Shown here piece by piece: positions 9,633-19,154 of a stretch of DNA of 42,023 nucleotides (its first letter is position 1; the number at the start of each line of letters is the position of its first letter). Under the pieces are notes generated by a model. That model did not search any database. It saw nothing but the letters and a program-made list of their open reading frames with translations, and was not told where the DNA came from. A program made the translations under genes and the position numbers. The stretch is taken from NCBI GenBank assembly GCA_044227375.1, contig JBGAWX010000001.1, positions 1-42,023 on the forward strand, given 5' to 3'. The stretch is from Saprospiraceae bacterium. GTDB lineage: Bacteria; Bacteroidota; Bacteroidia; Chitinophagales; Saprospiraceae.

Positions 9633-10170
9633 GCAAAACGGATTTTTGCTGACGCTCAGACGTAGGCGTAGCCTACGCCTATCTTTTTTATCAAATCAAT
9701 TCAATAGAATGAATTGCTGGGTGTATAGCGTACCGACCGCATGCAAAGAATCCGCAATGCAAAACGGAGTTTTGCAGACACCCAGACGTAGGCTCAGCCT
9801 ACGCCTATCTTTTTAAAAATCTATTAGAAAGAATTAGTTGATGGGCATATGGTATACTGACGACCGCGTAACAGATTCCACAACGCAAAACGGAGTTTTG
9901 CGGACACTCAGACGTAGGCGTAGCCTACGCCTAGCTTTTTAATATATCCATTAGATAGATTGAATTGCTGGGCGCATGGCGAACTGACATTCGCTTAATA
10001 GAATCCACTATGCAAAACGGAGTTTTGCGGATGCTCAGACGTAGGCGCAGCCTACGCCTAACACCATAAAATCCATTCAATAGAAATTGTTGCTGGGCGT
10101 AGGCTTTGCCTACGTCCGTGTGTCTGGCAAACTCCGTTTGCCGAATGAAGTTGCTTTGTAAACAAATTTT
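9633..10170. repeat. Tandem array of four ~126-bp REP/REPIN-like units, the last one intact
   Basis: GCAAAACGGAGTTTTGC..CGTAGGC-NNN-GCCTACG modules start at 9633, 9759, 9885 and 10012 (period 126-127 bp). Units 1-3 have degenerate right arms (GGGTGTATAGCGTACCGACCGC and similar). Unit 4 keeps GGGCGTAGGCTTTGCCTACG..GGCAAACTCCGTTTGCC plus the same tail as 8967-8994. Confidence 0.9.
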
Positions 10171-10186
10171 GGAAAGAACATCCAAA

Positions 10187-11593
10187 TTACTTTTTTTGTC
10201 TTTCCTTATCCTGATTTATAATAAAAGGAATTTGCTCCGGGTGCAAATTCTTTCCGATAATTTTACGCTCCTTATTCAAAACATAGATCTCAGGAGTAAT
10301 GTCCACAAAATATTTTGCATAAATGCTTTTATTGGTGGGATCGAAAACGTTGATCCAGGATTCAGTATGATTCTTGGCTACAAAATCCCGCCACTCCTGC
10401 TCTTTAGCATTCAATACAATGGCGAACACTTCCACACTCTTCGACTTCCATTCCTTATAAAACTGTAATAATTCCGGTGTTTCTTTTTGGCAATGATCGC
10501 AATCCGGATCATACATGAATATTACAATGTAATCTTCCTTGAGCTCATAAATGGATTTGGTATTGCCATACAAATCTGTCGATACCACATCAGGAGCCTG
10601 ACGATTCAACAGACTGGCTTTCATCTCAAATACTTTTTTCTGTACCGCAGCAAAATCTTTTTCAGTCATCCAATACGCCAATTCTTTAGTAAAATATTTA
10701 TCCAGGATGTGTACAAAGACCGCTTCACCATCCATAATTTTGGTTTGAGTAGGTTGGTAATTCAAGGCAATCCAATTGCTGACAAACTGAAACATTTCTT
10801 TATTGACCAATGATTTCTGAATTACTATATCAGCCTGGCGGATGATGGAGTCGGGTTGCTGCGGGGTCAATTCTGTAATAAACCGTTTTAGCTTATTAAT
10901 GATAACCGGTGTATGCAATAACCTGACATCACTAAAATCCACATTTTCCCAAAAAGCATCCCTGAATAATGCGATTTGCTTCATCGTGTCCACATCACCA
11001 TTTGCTTTTTTTACGTCGACGAGATCCGGATTTTGACCAGCTCTTTTAAATTTTACAAAAAATGAATTGGGATACTTCTTTTGAAAAGATTCCAACTGTT
11101 TTTTCTTTTCATTTTGCATCCGCTTGATCTCCTTATCATACCATTCCTTGACCTCTTTATCTTGCGGTTTGGCATTCTTAATGGTGTTGAGAGAATCGGT
11201 CTCTTTGTCAAGTCGAAGCTGCAATTTTAAGGATTCATACAAGAGCTGGTTATCAATTGATGATTCCACATTCATGGTACCAATAATATCTGCTTTATTA
11301 GACTTCAAGCTGAAATGCTGATCCTGGTCAAGAATCATGTGTAGATTTCCATTGTCCGGAAAAATCACATAGAAATAACCCGATTTATATGGACTCTTTC
11401 TTTTGAATTCGAAACGCCCCAATGAATCGACCCTGGCAGAGTCCTCCATATAATTGCGCTCACCAAAAAAACCAATGAGTTTGGCAACACCACCTTTGTA
11501 GCCCTCTACCTGAATTTTAATTTCACAACTGTCTGCTTGGGCTTTTAAAAAATTAAAGGAAAATAGTACGCAAACTAAAAATAGATACTTCAT
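10187..11593 (-). CDS. Secreted thioredoxin-fold thiol:disulfide oxidoreductase (TlpA/ResA-like)
   Basis: Start moved to ATG 11593 (MKYLFLVCVLFSFNFLKAQ signal peptide); the track start at 11608 is a TTG. C-terminal thioredoxin domain with CxxC (YDPDCDHCQKE). Confidence 0.8.
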   Translation of the reverse strand: MKYLFLVCVLFSFNFLKAQADSCEIKIQVEGYKGGVAKLIGFFGERNYMEDSARVDSLGRFEFKRKSPYKSGYFYVIFPDNGNLHMILDQDQHFSLKSNKADIIGTMNVESSIDNQLLYESLKLQLRLDKETDSLNTIKNAKPQDKEVKEWYDKEIKRMQNEKKKQLESFQKKYPNSFFVKFKRAGQNPDLVDVKKANGDVDTMKQIALFRDAFWENVDFSDVRLLHTPVIINKLKRFITELTPQQPDSIIRQADIVIQKSLVNKEMFQFVSNWIALNYQPTQTKIMDGEAVFVHILDKYFTKELAYWMTEKDFAAVQKKVFEMKASLLNRQAPDVVSTDLYGNTKSIYELKEDYIVIFMYDPDCDHCQKETPELLQFYKEWKSKSVEVFAIVLNAKEQEWRDFVAKNHTESWINVFDPTNKSIYAKYFVDITPEIYVLNKERKIIGKNLHPEQIPFIINQDKERQKK

Positions 11594-12030
11594 AGAATTG
11601 AATCTCAAATTTAATTGAATCGCAAAGTAAATTTATAATAACCAATTAATAGAATAGATTACCGGAGTTAACGCATAATTTATCAAAAATTTAAGTAAAA
11701 TTCCGGATTCATCATTCATTGGAGGTGAAGGCATTCAGACAAAATCTCAGAATGTCGAATTTTATTAAAATCCTATTGAATCATGATTCCAATTCTAAAG
11801 TCCCTACTTACGGTTATTGGAATCAAAAAACATGACCTGTCTCCCGAGATGCCAACTGCAAATAACCATCCGGCAAGAAAGGAGCAGGGTAATGTCTTAA
11901 AATTTCAAATCCTTGTTTCAGAGGAGAACATATTAAATAATGATATATATTTACAACTTTACTATCTTCGCACGGATTACATAAAACCAATTTTATTAAA
12001 GCCGAATTTTACTCAAGAGGAAAAGTATTA

Positions 12031-12909
12031 TTGAGTTCGGAGTATCTGGTTCTTTTTGGCGCAACAGCATTAGCCCTTCCCTGCAAACTGGGCCAAAGAA
12101 TGAAGGTACAGGAACTCAATGGATCAGAGATCCTATGGAATTCCTACGGACCAGATGGCAAAAAATGGTTTTCCGCAGAAATCGATTTGATGGGTTTCAA
12201 TATAGAGGAAACCACCGATGAACAAACAGGTAAGTATCTCCGGAAAATGCTCAAAGCCTGTTGTCAGAACAATTCCGAATTTCTTTCTCACTGGAAAAAA
12301 TATAAAGTAGATCACTACCTCGAGTTCCCCATGGAATGGGGCCTGGGCTCAAGTTCTACATTGATACACAACATGGCATCCTGGGCTGATGTGAGTCCAT
12401 ATCATTTATATTTTGATATTGAAGAAGGATCCGGCTATGACGTAGCAGCGGCAGGTGCAGAAGGTCCGATATTGTATACTCTTGGAGATGGTACGATTGA
12501 TCTGGAAGAGATCGACTTTCTACCCAAATTCATTGATAAACTTTACTTCCTGCCCCTTGGCAAAAAGGTAAAGACCAAAGAAGCCATTCAATCTCTTAAA
12601 ACTACGAAACCAGATAAACGAACCATTGAACATGCTACCGATCTTACCAAAAAATTGATAAATATTACCACCCTCGATGCTTTTGAAGCATGGATCAAAG
12701 AACACGAGGAATTGATAAAAAAATTTACAGGACTGGAAAGAATAAAAGACCGGCTCTTCCCGGACTACCCAGGAGAAATTAAATCCCTGGGTGCCTGGGG
12801 TGGTGATATGGTTCTGATTACTGCCAGATCAGGCCAAAAAGAAGCTGAAACCTACTTTCACTCCAAAGGATTTGAAAAATTAATTCCATATCAGGAGCTC
12901 ATCCTTTAA
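12031..12909 (+). CDS. GHMP-family kinase (GYDIA-type subfamily); the true N-terminus probably lies upstream of 12031
   Basis: GHMP motif WGLGSSSTL and motif GSGYDVAAA. The TTG at 12031 falls inside the conserved N-terminal motif FYSRGKVLLSSEYLVL, which continues in frame upstream (see findings). Confidence 0.75.
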   Translation: MSSEYLVLFGATALALPCKLGQRMKVQELNGSEILWNSYGPDGKKWFSAEIDLMGFNIEETTDEQTGKYLRKMLKACCQNNSEFLSHWKKYKVDHYLEFPMEWGLGSSSTLIHNMASWADVSPYHLYFDIEEGSGYDVAAAGAEGPILYTLGDGTIDLEEIDFLPKFIDKLYFLPLGKKVKTKEAIQSLKTTKPDKRTIEHATDLTKKLINITTLDAFEAWIKEHEELIKKFTGLERIKDRLFPDYPGEIKSLGAWGGDMVLITARSGQKEAETYFHSKGFEKLIPYQELIL

Positions 12910-12978
12910 TCTTTATTCTACCACTTTTGTTCTGATCTCATCCCAACAATATTGTTGGATCCATTCTATTAAAATTTT

Positions 12979-13612
12979 ATGCCCCCGGTCACCTGGTATC
13001 CTATTCAGCTCAAAAAAATTCTGAAAGAAACAAAAACTACCTGGCGATTTATTTTCGATATCCAAACTGAAGACCCCTTTGATTACAAACCCGGCCAGTT
13101 TCTGACTTGCGATCTTCCAACAGGAGAAAAAAGAGCACAACGTTGGAGGAGCTACAGCATCGCCAATTCAAATCAATTGAATAATGAAATCGAATTCTGC
13201 ATTTCCTACAAAAAAGATGGACTGGCATCCGAATATTTTTTTAATCAGATAAAAATTGGAGATGCTTTCAAATGCAAAGGTCCGGAAGGCAATTTTATCT
13301 TACCGGATCCTAAATTGCAAAATCTTTTTTTAATATGCACAGGAACCGGATTGGCGCCTTTTCGTCCCATGTTACAGGAAATGCAAATAAATGGTCATGG
13401 GTTTCAATCGGTGAATTTGATCTTTGGCACGCGGAATATTGAAGATTTGATTTATAAGGAAGACATTTCTTCATGGAATCGAGACCATGAATAAATCTTC
13501 TTGTCTGTTTATGCTTTGTGGCTGGTCTGAGATGATTGATCAGGCTGTGTTGACTTTATTTTCTGAATTGGAATTCTCCAGAGAACAGATAAAATTTGAA
13601 TTGTACGGGTGA
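12979..13612 (+). pseudogene. Ferredoxin-NADP reductase-like FAD/NAD(P)-binding oxidoreductase, disrupted by a frame change plus a probable internal deletion
   Basis: Frame 1 (12979-13494) encodes the FAD-binding RSYSIAN motif and the NAD-binding CTGTGLAPFRP motif, then stops. The expected C-terminal end (..FMLCGWSEMIDQAV..IKFELYG*) is in frame 2 (13487-13612). Confidence 0.6.
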
Positions 13613-13702
13613 ATAGACGACTTTGAACTATGACATCGGAACTAAAAATCAGAAGATAGGTTCTTTAAACCTTTGTACAATTCATATGCATACCAGAACA
13701 AA

Positions 13703-14617
13703 TTATTCTGAAGATTTCGGATATAACAGATCAACAATTGCGTCATCTAATTTTTCGAATTTAAATGTGAATCCATGATTCAATAAAACCTGAGGCATAA
13801 CATAATCTGAACTTATAAGCGGTTCGGACAATTCTCCGAAAATTATTTTTAAAGCAAACTCCGGAACTTTAAATTGCAATACTTTTCGTTTTAAATGATT
13901 ATTTATTGCATCAATAAATTCTTTATTCGCTACTGGATTTGGGGCTGTAAGATTAATCACTCCGCCAATTTTATTCTTAATAACGAAAGAAATCGCCCTG
14001 TTATAATCATGATGATGAATCCAGGAATAGAACTGTTTTCCGTTTCCGAAAGATACCAGAAAACCCAATGGAATGGTTTGCAATATTTTTGACCAAATGC
14101 CACCTTCCGGATTAAGATACAATCCCGTCCTGATAATAGTAAGACAATCCGTGAACTCTTTTAAAGTATGAGCTTCTGATTCCCAAATACTGCAAACCTC
14201 CGAAAGAAATCCTAAATGGTTTGAAATCGAATTCTCATTCAATACTTCAGATCCCCGATCACCATAAAAACCAATTGCCGATGCTTGAATGATATGCGGA
14301 ATGCGAAGCTGATTCAATTTCAAATGCTTGTATATTGTTCGAATTGAATTGATTCTTGAGTTGATAATATCCTGCTTTCTTTTTTTCGTCCACCGACCAT
14401 CTGCCAAACTAGTGCCCGCCAATTGAATCAGCACATCCGCGTTTTTTAATGATGCAATATCCAGTTCTGATTTCTCAGGATTCCAATAATAAGTTTTGTT
14501 ATTTTTAATTGTGCTCCGTCTGCTCAACCAACTTACCTCATCTCCTTCCTTTGCAAGAAATGAACTGATGCTTTTCCCAATTAACCCGCTACCTCCTGCT
14601 ATAATGATATTTTTCAT
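13703..14617 (-). CDS. TIGR01777/YfcH-type NAD-dependent epimerase-family protein
   Basis: 304 aa. N-terminal Rossmann motif IIIAGGSGLIGKSI. Length and C-terminal region typical of the YfcH (DUF1731-containing) family. Confidence 0.8.
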   Translation of the reverse strand: MKNIIIAGGSGLIGKSISSFLAKEGDEVSWLSRRSTIKNNKTYYWNPEKSELDIASLKNADVLIQLAGTSLADGRWTKKRKQDIINSRINSIRTIYKHLKLNQLRIPHIIQASAIGFYGDRGSEVLNENSISNHLGFLSEVCSIWESEAHTLKEFTDCLTIIRTGLYLNPEGGIWSKILQTIPLGFLVSFGNGKQFYSWIHHHDYNRAISFVIKNKIGGVINLTAPNPVANKEFIDAINNHLKRKVLQFKVPEFALKIIFGELSEPLISSDYVMPQVLLNHGFTFKFEKLDDAIVDLLYPKSSE

Positions 14618-14675
14618 AGGGCTTATGTATCTTTACCTCTGTTATAATACAGTCTTTTGCCTAAATTCGAATCCA

Positions 14676-16469
14676 ATGAAAACCTTAACAAATAAATACT
14701 TGAATAAGATGTCAAATACTGTGAAAATATCTTTTGGTATTTTCTGCATTATATTAATCTATTTTTCTTCCTGTAAACCGGACAAAAAAGATGAGGGATT
14801 TACACTTCGCATCCGATTAAAAGAAGATGTGGATTGCCTCCATCCTATTTTATCAAGATCAGCATCTGCCAGCCAGATAGAACCCTTTATCATGTTGCCG
14901 ATGTTCGAATTCAGCATGGATAGAATCGAGCTGTCTCCATTGTTGGTTTTAAAAATTCCGGAATTCACACGGAGTAATGATAGTGCTTCCGTATTCGAAT
15001 GTGATCTGCGGCCGGAAGCTAAATGGGATGATGGCACGCCGATTTTAGCCGCTGATTATGAATTCACTGTTAAAGCTGCTTTAAATCCTTTCATCACAAA
15101 TCCTACCTGGAAAAGCATTCTTAAAAATATTAAAGAAATCGAGATCGATTCAACCAATCCGCGACATCTAGCAATTCATGTTGTGAAAAATTATTTACTG
15201 AGTAAAGAAATTTGTGGCAACATCAATTTGTATCAGGCACATTACTATGATCCAAAAGGGATCATGAATAAATATCGGATTTATGATCTGCTGACAAAAG
15301 ACAGCGCTTCCTGGACAGCAGAGCAAAAATTGGAATTGAAGCAATTTGCAACCGATTTTGAAAGTGCTGAAATGTGTAAAACTAAGATCTCCGGATCAGG
15401 ACCTTATCGTTTAAAATCCTGGGATGCCGGCGCTAAAATAGTACTTGAAAAAAAGACCAATTGGTGGGGAAGTAAACTTGCAGATTCCATTCCGATGTTA
15501 AGCGCATATCCGGATCGCATTGAATATCTGATCATGCCTGATGAAGCAGCTACCATTCTTGCACTTAAAGATGGCAGTATTGATATTGCAACAGATATTT
15601 CTCCAAAACAATTTGATAATCTTGAAAAAGACACCAGCAGCAAAAACAAACTTCAGTTTTTCACTCCAACCATATTTCAATATACATATTTTGAATTAAA
15701 CAATAGAAATCCTGCGCTTTCCCAAAAAGAAGTTCGCAAAGCATTAGCTCAGTTGATTGATGTTTCCGGATTTATTAAAAATGTAATGCAGGGGTTGGCA
15801 GAGCCCATAATAGGACCCTTTCATCCATCACGCAGTTATTACAACAAACAATTAAGTCCAATTCAATTTAACCCAACTTCTGCTGCAAATGAATTGAAAA
15901 CAGCAGGCTGGAACGACAGCAATAGAGATGGAATTTTGGATAAAAAAATAAATGGCAAATCGGCTAAGCTGTCCTTTCATGTGATGGTGTCTGCAGAACT
16001 TGGGAAAAAACTGGCACTGCTCCTCCAGGAAGAGGCAAAAAAAATTGGTATAGAAATAATACCGGAAACAAAAGATTGGTCTCTTATCTTAAAAGATATG
16101 AATGAACTCAAATTCGATATCGCATTGTGTGTGCAAACCCAATCCCCTTCTCTTTATGATCCCTATCAAAGCTGGCACAGCAGCAACACAAAACCCGGCG
16201 GTTCAAACCGATGTGGATTTGCAACACCTGAAACGGATTCATTAATTCAGGTGATCCGAACCACTTCTGTGGACACTGATCGCAATAACGCATACTTAAG
16301 ATTCCAGGAAATCCTTTATCAGGAACTGCCACAACTATTTTTATTTAGTCCTAAGCAACGGATCATTGCAAATTCAAGGATTAAAATGGACATCTCCAGC
16401 CGCAGACCCGGGTATTCAGAAAATATGATTCAGCTTGCCAGTGACAAAGCAAATAAGGTTTTGAATTAA
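14676..16469 (+). CDS. ABC transporter substrate-binding lipoprotein, family 5 (peptide/nickel, OppA/DppA-like)
   Basis: Start moved to ATG 14676 (an alternative is 14709). The track start at 14496 would overlap the divergent gene 13703..14617 by 122 nt. Lipobox ..IYFSSC. SBP_bac_5-like length and composition. Confidence 0.8.
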   Translation: MKTLTNKYLNKMSNTVKISFGIFCIILIYFSSCKPDKKDEGFTLRIRLKEDVDCLHPILSRSASASQIEPFIMLPMFEFSMDRIELSPLLVLKIPEFTRSNDSASVFECDLRPEAKWDDGTPILAADYEFTVKAALNPFITNPTWKSILKNIKEIEIDSTNPRHLAIHVVKNYLLSKEICGNINLYQAHYYDPKGIMNKYRIYDLLTKDSASWTAEQKLELKQFATDFESAEMCKTKISGSGPYRLKSWDAGAKIVLEKKTNWWGSKLADSIPMLSAYPDRIEYLIMPDEAATILALKDGSIDIATDISPKQFDNLEKDTSSKNKLQFFTPTIFQYTYFELNNRNPALSQKEVRKALAQLIDVSGFIKNVMQGLAEPIIGPFHPSRSYYNKQLSPIQFNPTSAANELKTAGWNDSNRDGILDKKINGKSAKLSFHVMVSAELGKKLALLLQEEAKKIGIEIIPETKDWSLILKDMNELKFDIALCVQTQSPSLYDPYQSWHSSNTKPGGSNRCGFATPETDSLIQVIRTTSVDTDRNNAYLRFQEILYQELPQLFLFSPKQRIIANSRIKMDISSRRPGYSENMIQLASDKANKVLN

Positions 16470-16499
16470 TTTGTCTAAGACTTTGCCGTTTACAATATG

Positions 16500-16553
16500 G
16501 TTCAAGCGGGACGTTTGAACCAACAATTGTCTATTCAAGCGTCCCGCTTGAAC
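16500..16553. terminator. Hairpin between convergent genes, possible bidirectional terminator
   Basis: Perfect 14-bp arms GTTCAAGCGGGACG (16500-16513) and CGTCCCGCTTGAAC (16540-16553) with a 26-nt loop. The right arm overlaps the last codons of the minus-strand flippase gene. Confidence 0.5.
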
Positions 16554-17983
16554 GAACCTTTTATTTCATTAAAATAAATAAAAACACAAAATAAAAGAAC
16601 AATAAGAAATGAAATGATGTGTTGCGTCCAATATCCAAACCCAAAATTTGCATAAACTATGGGCAGCAGCCATACAACAAGAATGCAAAATACAAGGTAA
16701 GCAGCAATCTTAAAAAGTGGATAAGGAATTGGAAAGTTTTTTTGTCCCTGATAATAAGAAATGGTGCAAATGAAAAAATAGCTGATGAGATTGGAATATG
16801 CAGCAGCACTATTGCCCAATACTGGTACCAAAAAAATATTTAACGTAATCATCATCATCAAACCTGAAATGCTGATCGCAGCCATCAGATAATTTCGATC
16901 AGACAATTTATACCAACTCGAAATATTGGCATACAGTCCCGTGAAGATATTGGCCAATAATAGTATATTCACTAAGTAAATTTCCTCTCTGAAATTTTTT
17001 GCCAACAACAATGCGATGTCTTCTTTAAATAAACATGTTGCCAGGTAGATGATGCAACAACTTATGATGAAATACAACGAGACCTTGGCAAAAACCTGTT
17101 TCGAATTTTCCTGGCTTACATGGCGGAAGAAAAAAGGTTCGGCTGCATAGTTGAACGCCGTGACAAATAAATTCATGATGACTGCCAGTCTGAAGGCTGC
17201 ATTATACTGACTGCTCTGATCGAGGTTTTCCAATACCGAACCCGGTAAAAAGTATTTTAAAATGCTTGTGCCCCCATATTGAATAAAAATGAATGAGAGC
17301 GTGACCAATATCAGTGGAAAAGAATAATTCAATATCCTTCCTGCTATACTCCAGTCGGCTTTTGCGAAAGACTCTTTGATTTCTCCAAATAAAAGAATAA
17401 AAGTAAAAATACTTGAAATCAGGTTTGCCAAAATGACGAGTGTCAAATGCTCGCCTGAATCACCATTGGAATATTTTAAAAACAAAATGACCAATGCAAT
17501 ATTTAAAATCAAACCTGAAGATTTTATCCAGGCATATTTTATCGCTTGTTTTTTAAACCGCAATTTTGAAAATGGGAGTGAACAGATTACATCGAATACG
17601 ATAATCCATGCTGAATAATAAATCGCGGTGCGAAGTTGCGGATATTGTAAAAAATGTTCAATGGGATGAATAAACAACCAAACGAGCACAATGAAAATAA
17701 AAGAAGCAATAAATACCAATTGACTGGCCAGTGGATAAATTTTATTTTCAAATCGTTCATCAGAAACGAAACGGAAAAAAGTAGTTTCCATTCGCAAGGT
17801 GAGCATCCCAAGAAAAAGCGCGATGAAAAAATAGATTTCTGTATAGATGGAAAAATATTCCTTTTGATCTTCAAAAACCCGCGTCAGGTAAACAGTAATC
17901 AATAAAAAATTAATCAGACGGCCCAGTGAATAGCTGAGTCCATAAATCATGGTTTCTTTGGCGAGTGACCTTAAACTTGACAC
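16535..17983 (-). CDS. MOP-superfamily oligosaccharide/polysaccharide flippase (Wzx-like)
   Basis: 482 aa, highly hydrophobic with roughly 12-14 predicted helices. The N-terminal LAKETMIYGLSYSLGRLINFLL is typical of polysaccharide biosynthesis flippases. Confidence 0.75.
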   Translation of the reverse strand: MSSLRSLAKETMIYGLSYSLGRLINFLLITVYLTRVFEDQKEYFSIYTEIYFFIALFLGMLTLRMETTFFRFVSDERFENKIYPLASQLVFIASFIFIVLVWLFIHPIEHFLQYPQLRTAIYYSAWIIVFDVICSLPFSKLRFKKQAIKYAWIKSSGLILNIALVILFLKYSNGDSGEHLTLVILANLISSIFTFILLFGEIKESFAKADWSIAGRILNYSFPLILVTLSFIFIQYGGTSILKYFLPGSVLENLDQSSQYNAAFRLAVIMNLFVTAFNYAAEPFFFRHVSQENSKQVFAKVSLYFIISCCIIYLATCLFKEDIALLLAKNFREEIYLVNILLLANIFTGLYANISSWYKLSDRNYLMAAISISGLMMMITLNIFLVPVLGNSAAAYSNLISYFFICTISYYQGQKNFPIPYPLFKIAAYLVFCILVVWLLPIVYANFGFGYWTQHIISFLIVLLFCVFIYFNEIKGSFKRDA

Positions 17984-18081
17984 TCAACAAAGGTCATAAA
18001 AATCAATTGAATACATAGTAGTAAAAGCCATATTTATTGTTGTGATGACTATGATCTATTTTAGCGCCCTCGGAGACTTAT

Positions 18082-19128
18082 ATGGTGAATATTGAATTAT
18101 TGAAAAAGATTTGCCTGACGCCCGGTGCACCTGGCTTTGAACACCCAATACGCAGCTTATTGATGAATGAACTCAAGGCATGTACCGACAGTCTGGAAAT
18201 CGATGCCATGGGGAATCTTATCGCCTTTAAAAAAGGAACGCATACCTCAAAGCTCATGCTCACGGCACATATGGATGAAATTGCATTCATTGTTCAGCAT
18301 ATTGATGATGATGGTTTTATAAGATTCCTTCCTTTAGGCGGTTTTGATGCAAAAACACTCACCGCTCAACGGGTCATAATTCACGGAAAAAAAGAAGTCA
18401 CGGGTGTCATGGGTTCCAAACCCATTCACCTAATGAATCCTGACGAACGAAATAAAGCTCCGCAGATCAAAGATTATTTTATAGATACCGGACTTCCGAA
18501 GCAGGAATTGGAATCCCTGATTTCTATCGGCAATCCCATCACACGAGAACGCGAACTGATCCGAATGGGCAAATGTTTCAATTCAAAATCTCTGGACAAC
18601 CGCATTTCGGTTTATGTTTTATTGGAAGTCCTGAAATCCTTTGCGAATGAAAAACCCGAATTGGATATTTATGGCGTGTTTACTGTACAGGAAGAACTTG
18701 GATTGCGTGGCGCCAGATCTGCTGCGCACAGCATAGCACCGGATTTTGCATTCAACATTGACACTACCATTGCATTCGATGTTCCAGGCGCGCAAGCTCA
18801 TGAAATGATTACCAGACTCGGACATGGAGTGGCCATTAAATTATACGACAGCAGTGTCATTCCCGATTCGAGAATGATTGCATTGCTCAAGGAATGTGCC
18901 GAGAATGAAAAAATAACCTGGCAACCGGAACTATTATCCGGTGGAGGTACCGATACCGCTTCAGTTCAAATGGCCGGAAATGGAGTGATTGCAGGCGCTA
19001 TTTCCATTCCGACCAGACACATACACCAGGTCATTGAAATGGTCCATGAAGACGATGTGCTTTCGGCGATTAAATTATTACATGCTTCAATCAAACAAAT
19101 AACAAAATTCAATTTTGAATTTAAGTAA
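18082..19128 (+). CDS. M42 family metallopeptidase (glutamyl aminopeptidase / FrvX-like)
   Basis: 348 aa. N-terminal LLKKICLTPGAPGFEHPIR. Metal-ligand regions AHMDEI, SLDNR, VQEELGLRGA and GGGTD. Confidence 0.9.
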   Translation: MVNIELLKKICLTPGAPGFEHPIRSLLMNELKACTDSLEIDAMGNLIAFKKGTHTSKLMLTAHMDEIAFIVQHIDDDGFIRFLPLGGFDAKTLTAQRVIIHGKKEVTGVMGSKPIHLMNPDERNKAPQIKDYFIDTGLPKQELESLISIGNPITRERELIRMGKCFNSKSLDNRISVYVLLEVLKSFANEKPELDIYGVFTVQEELGLRGARSAAHSIAPDFAFNIDTTIAFDVPGAQAHEMITRLGHGVAIKLYDSSVIPDSRMIALLKECAENEKITWQPELLSGGGTDTASVQMAGNGVIAGAISIPTRHIHQVIEMVHEDDVLSAIKLLHASIKQITKFNFEFK

Positions 19129-19154
19129 ACGTAAAATCAATTAAAATCAAGATT

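Noticed and set aside
9633-10170. Regularly spaced repeats that could be mistaken for a CRISPR array
   Set aside because: The period is 126 bp, not about 60-75 bp. The inter-repeat segments are homologous to each other, so they are not unique spacers. The repeat is the same double-hairpin REP unit that flanks the Y1 transposase. No cas genes are in the window.
9931-10468. ORF-track entries 9931..10185 (-) and 10106..10468 (+)
   Set aside because: The first lies entirely within the REP tandem array. The second starts in the array and runs antisense to the thioredoxin-fold gene. Both have repeat-driven or antisense composition.
11783-12034. 83-aa ORF upstream of the GHMP kinase gene
   Set aside because: No recognisable motif and low-complexity AT-rich coding. 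Its 3' part overlaps, in another frame, the conserved upstream extension of the GHMP kinase.
14496-14675. N-terminal 60 codons of the track ORF 14496..16469
   Set aside because: They overlap the divergent epimerase-family gene (13703..14617) by 122 nt. A lipoprotein signal peptide begins at the internal ATG 14676.
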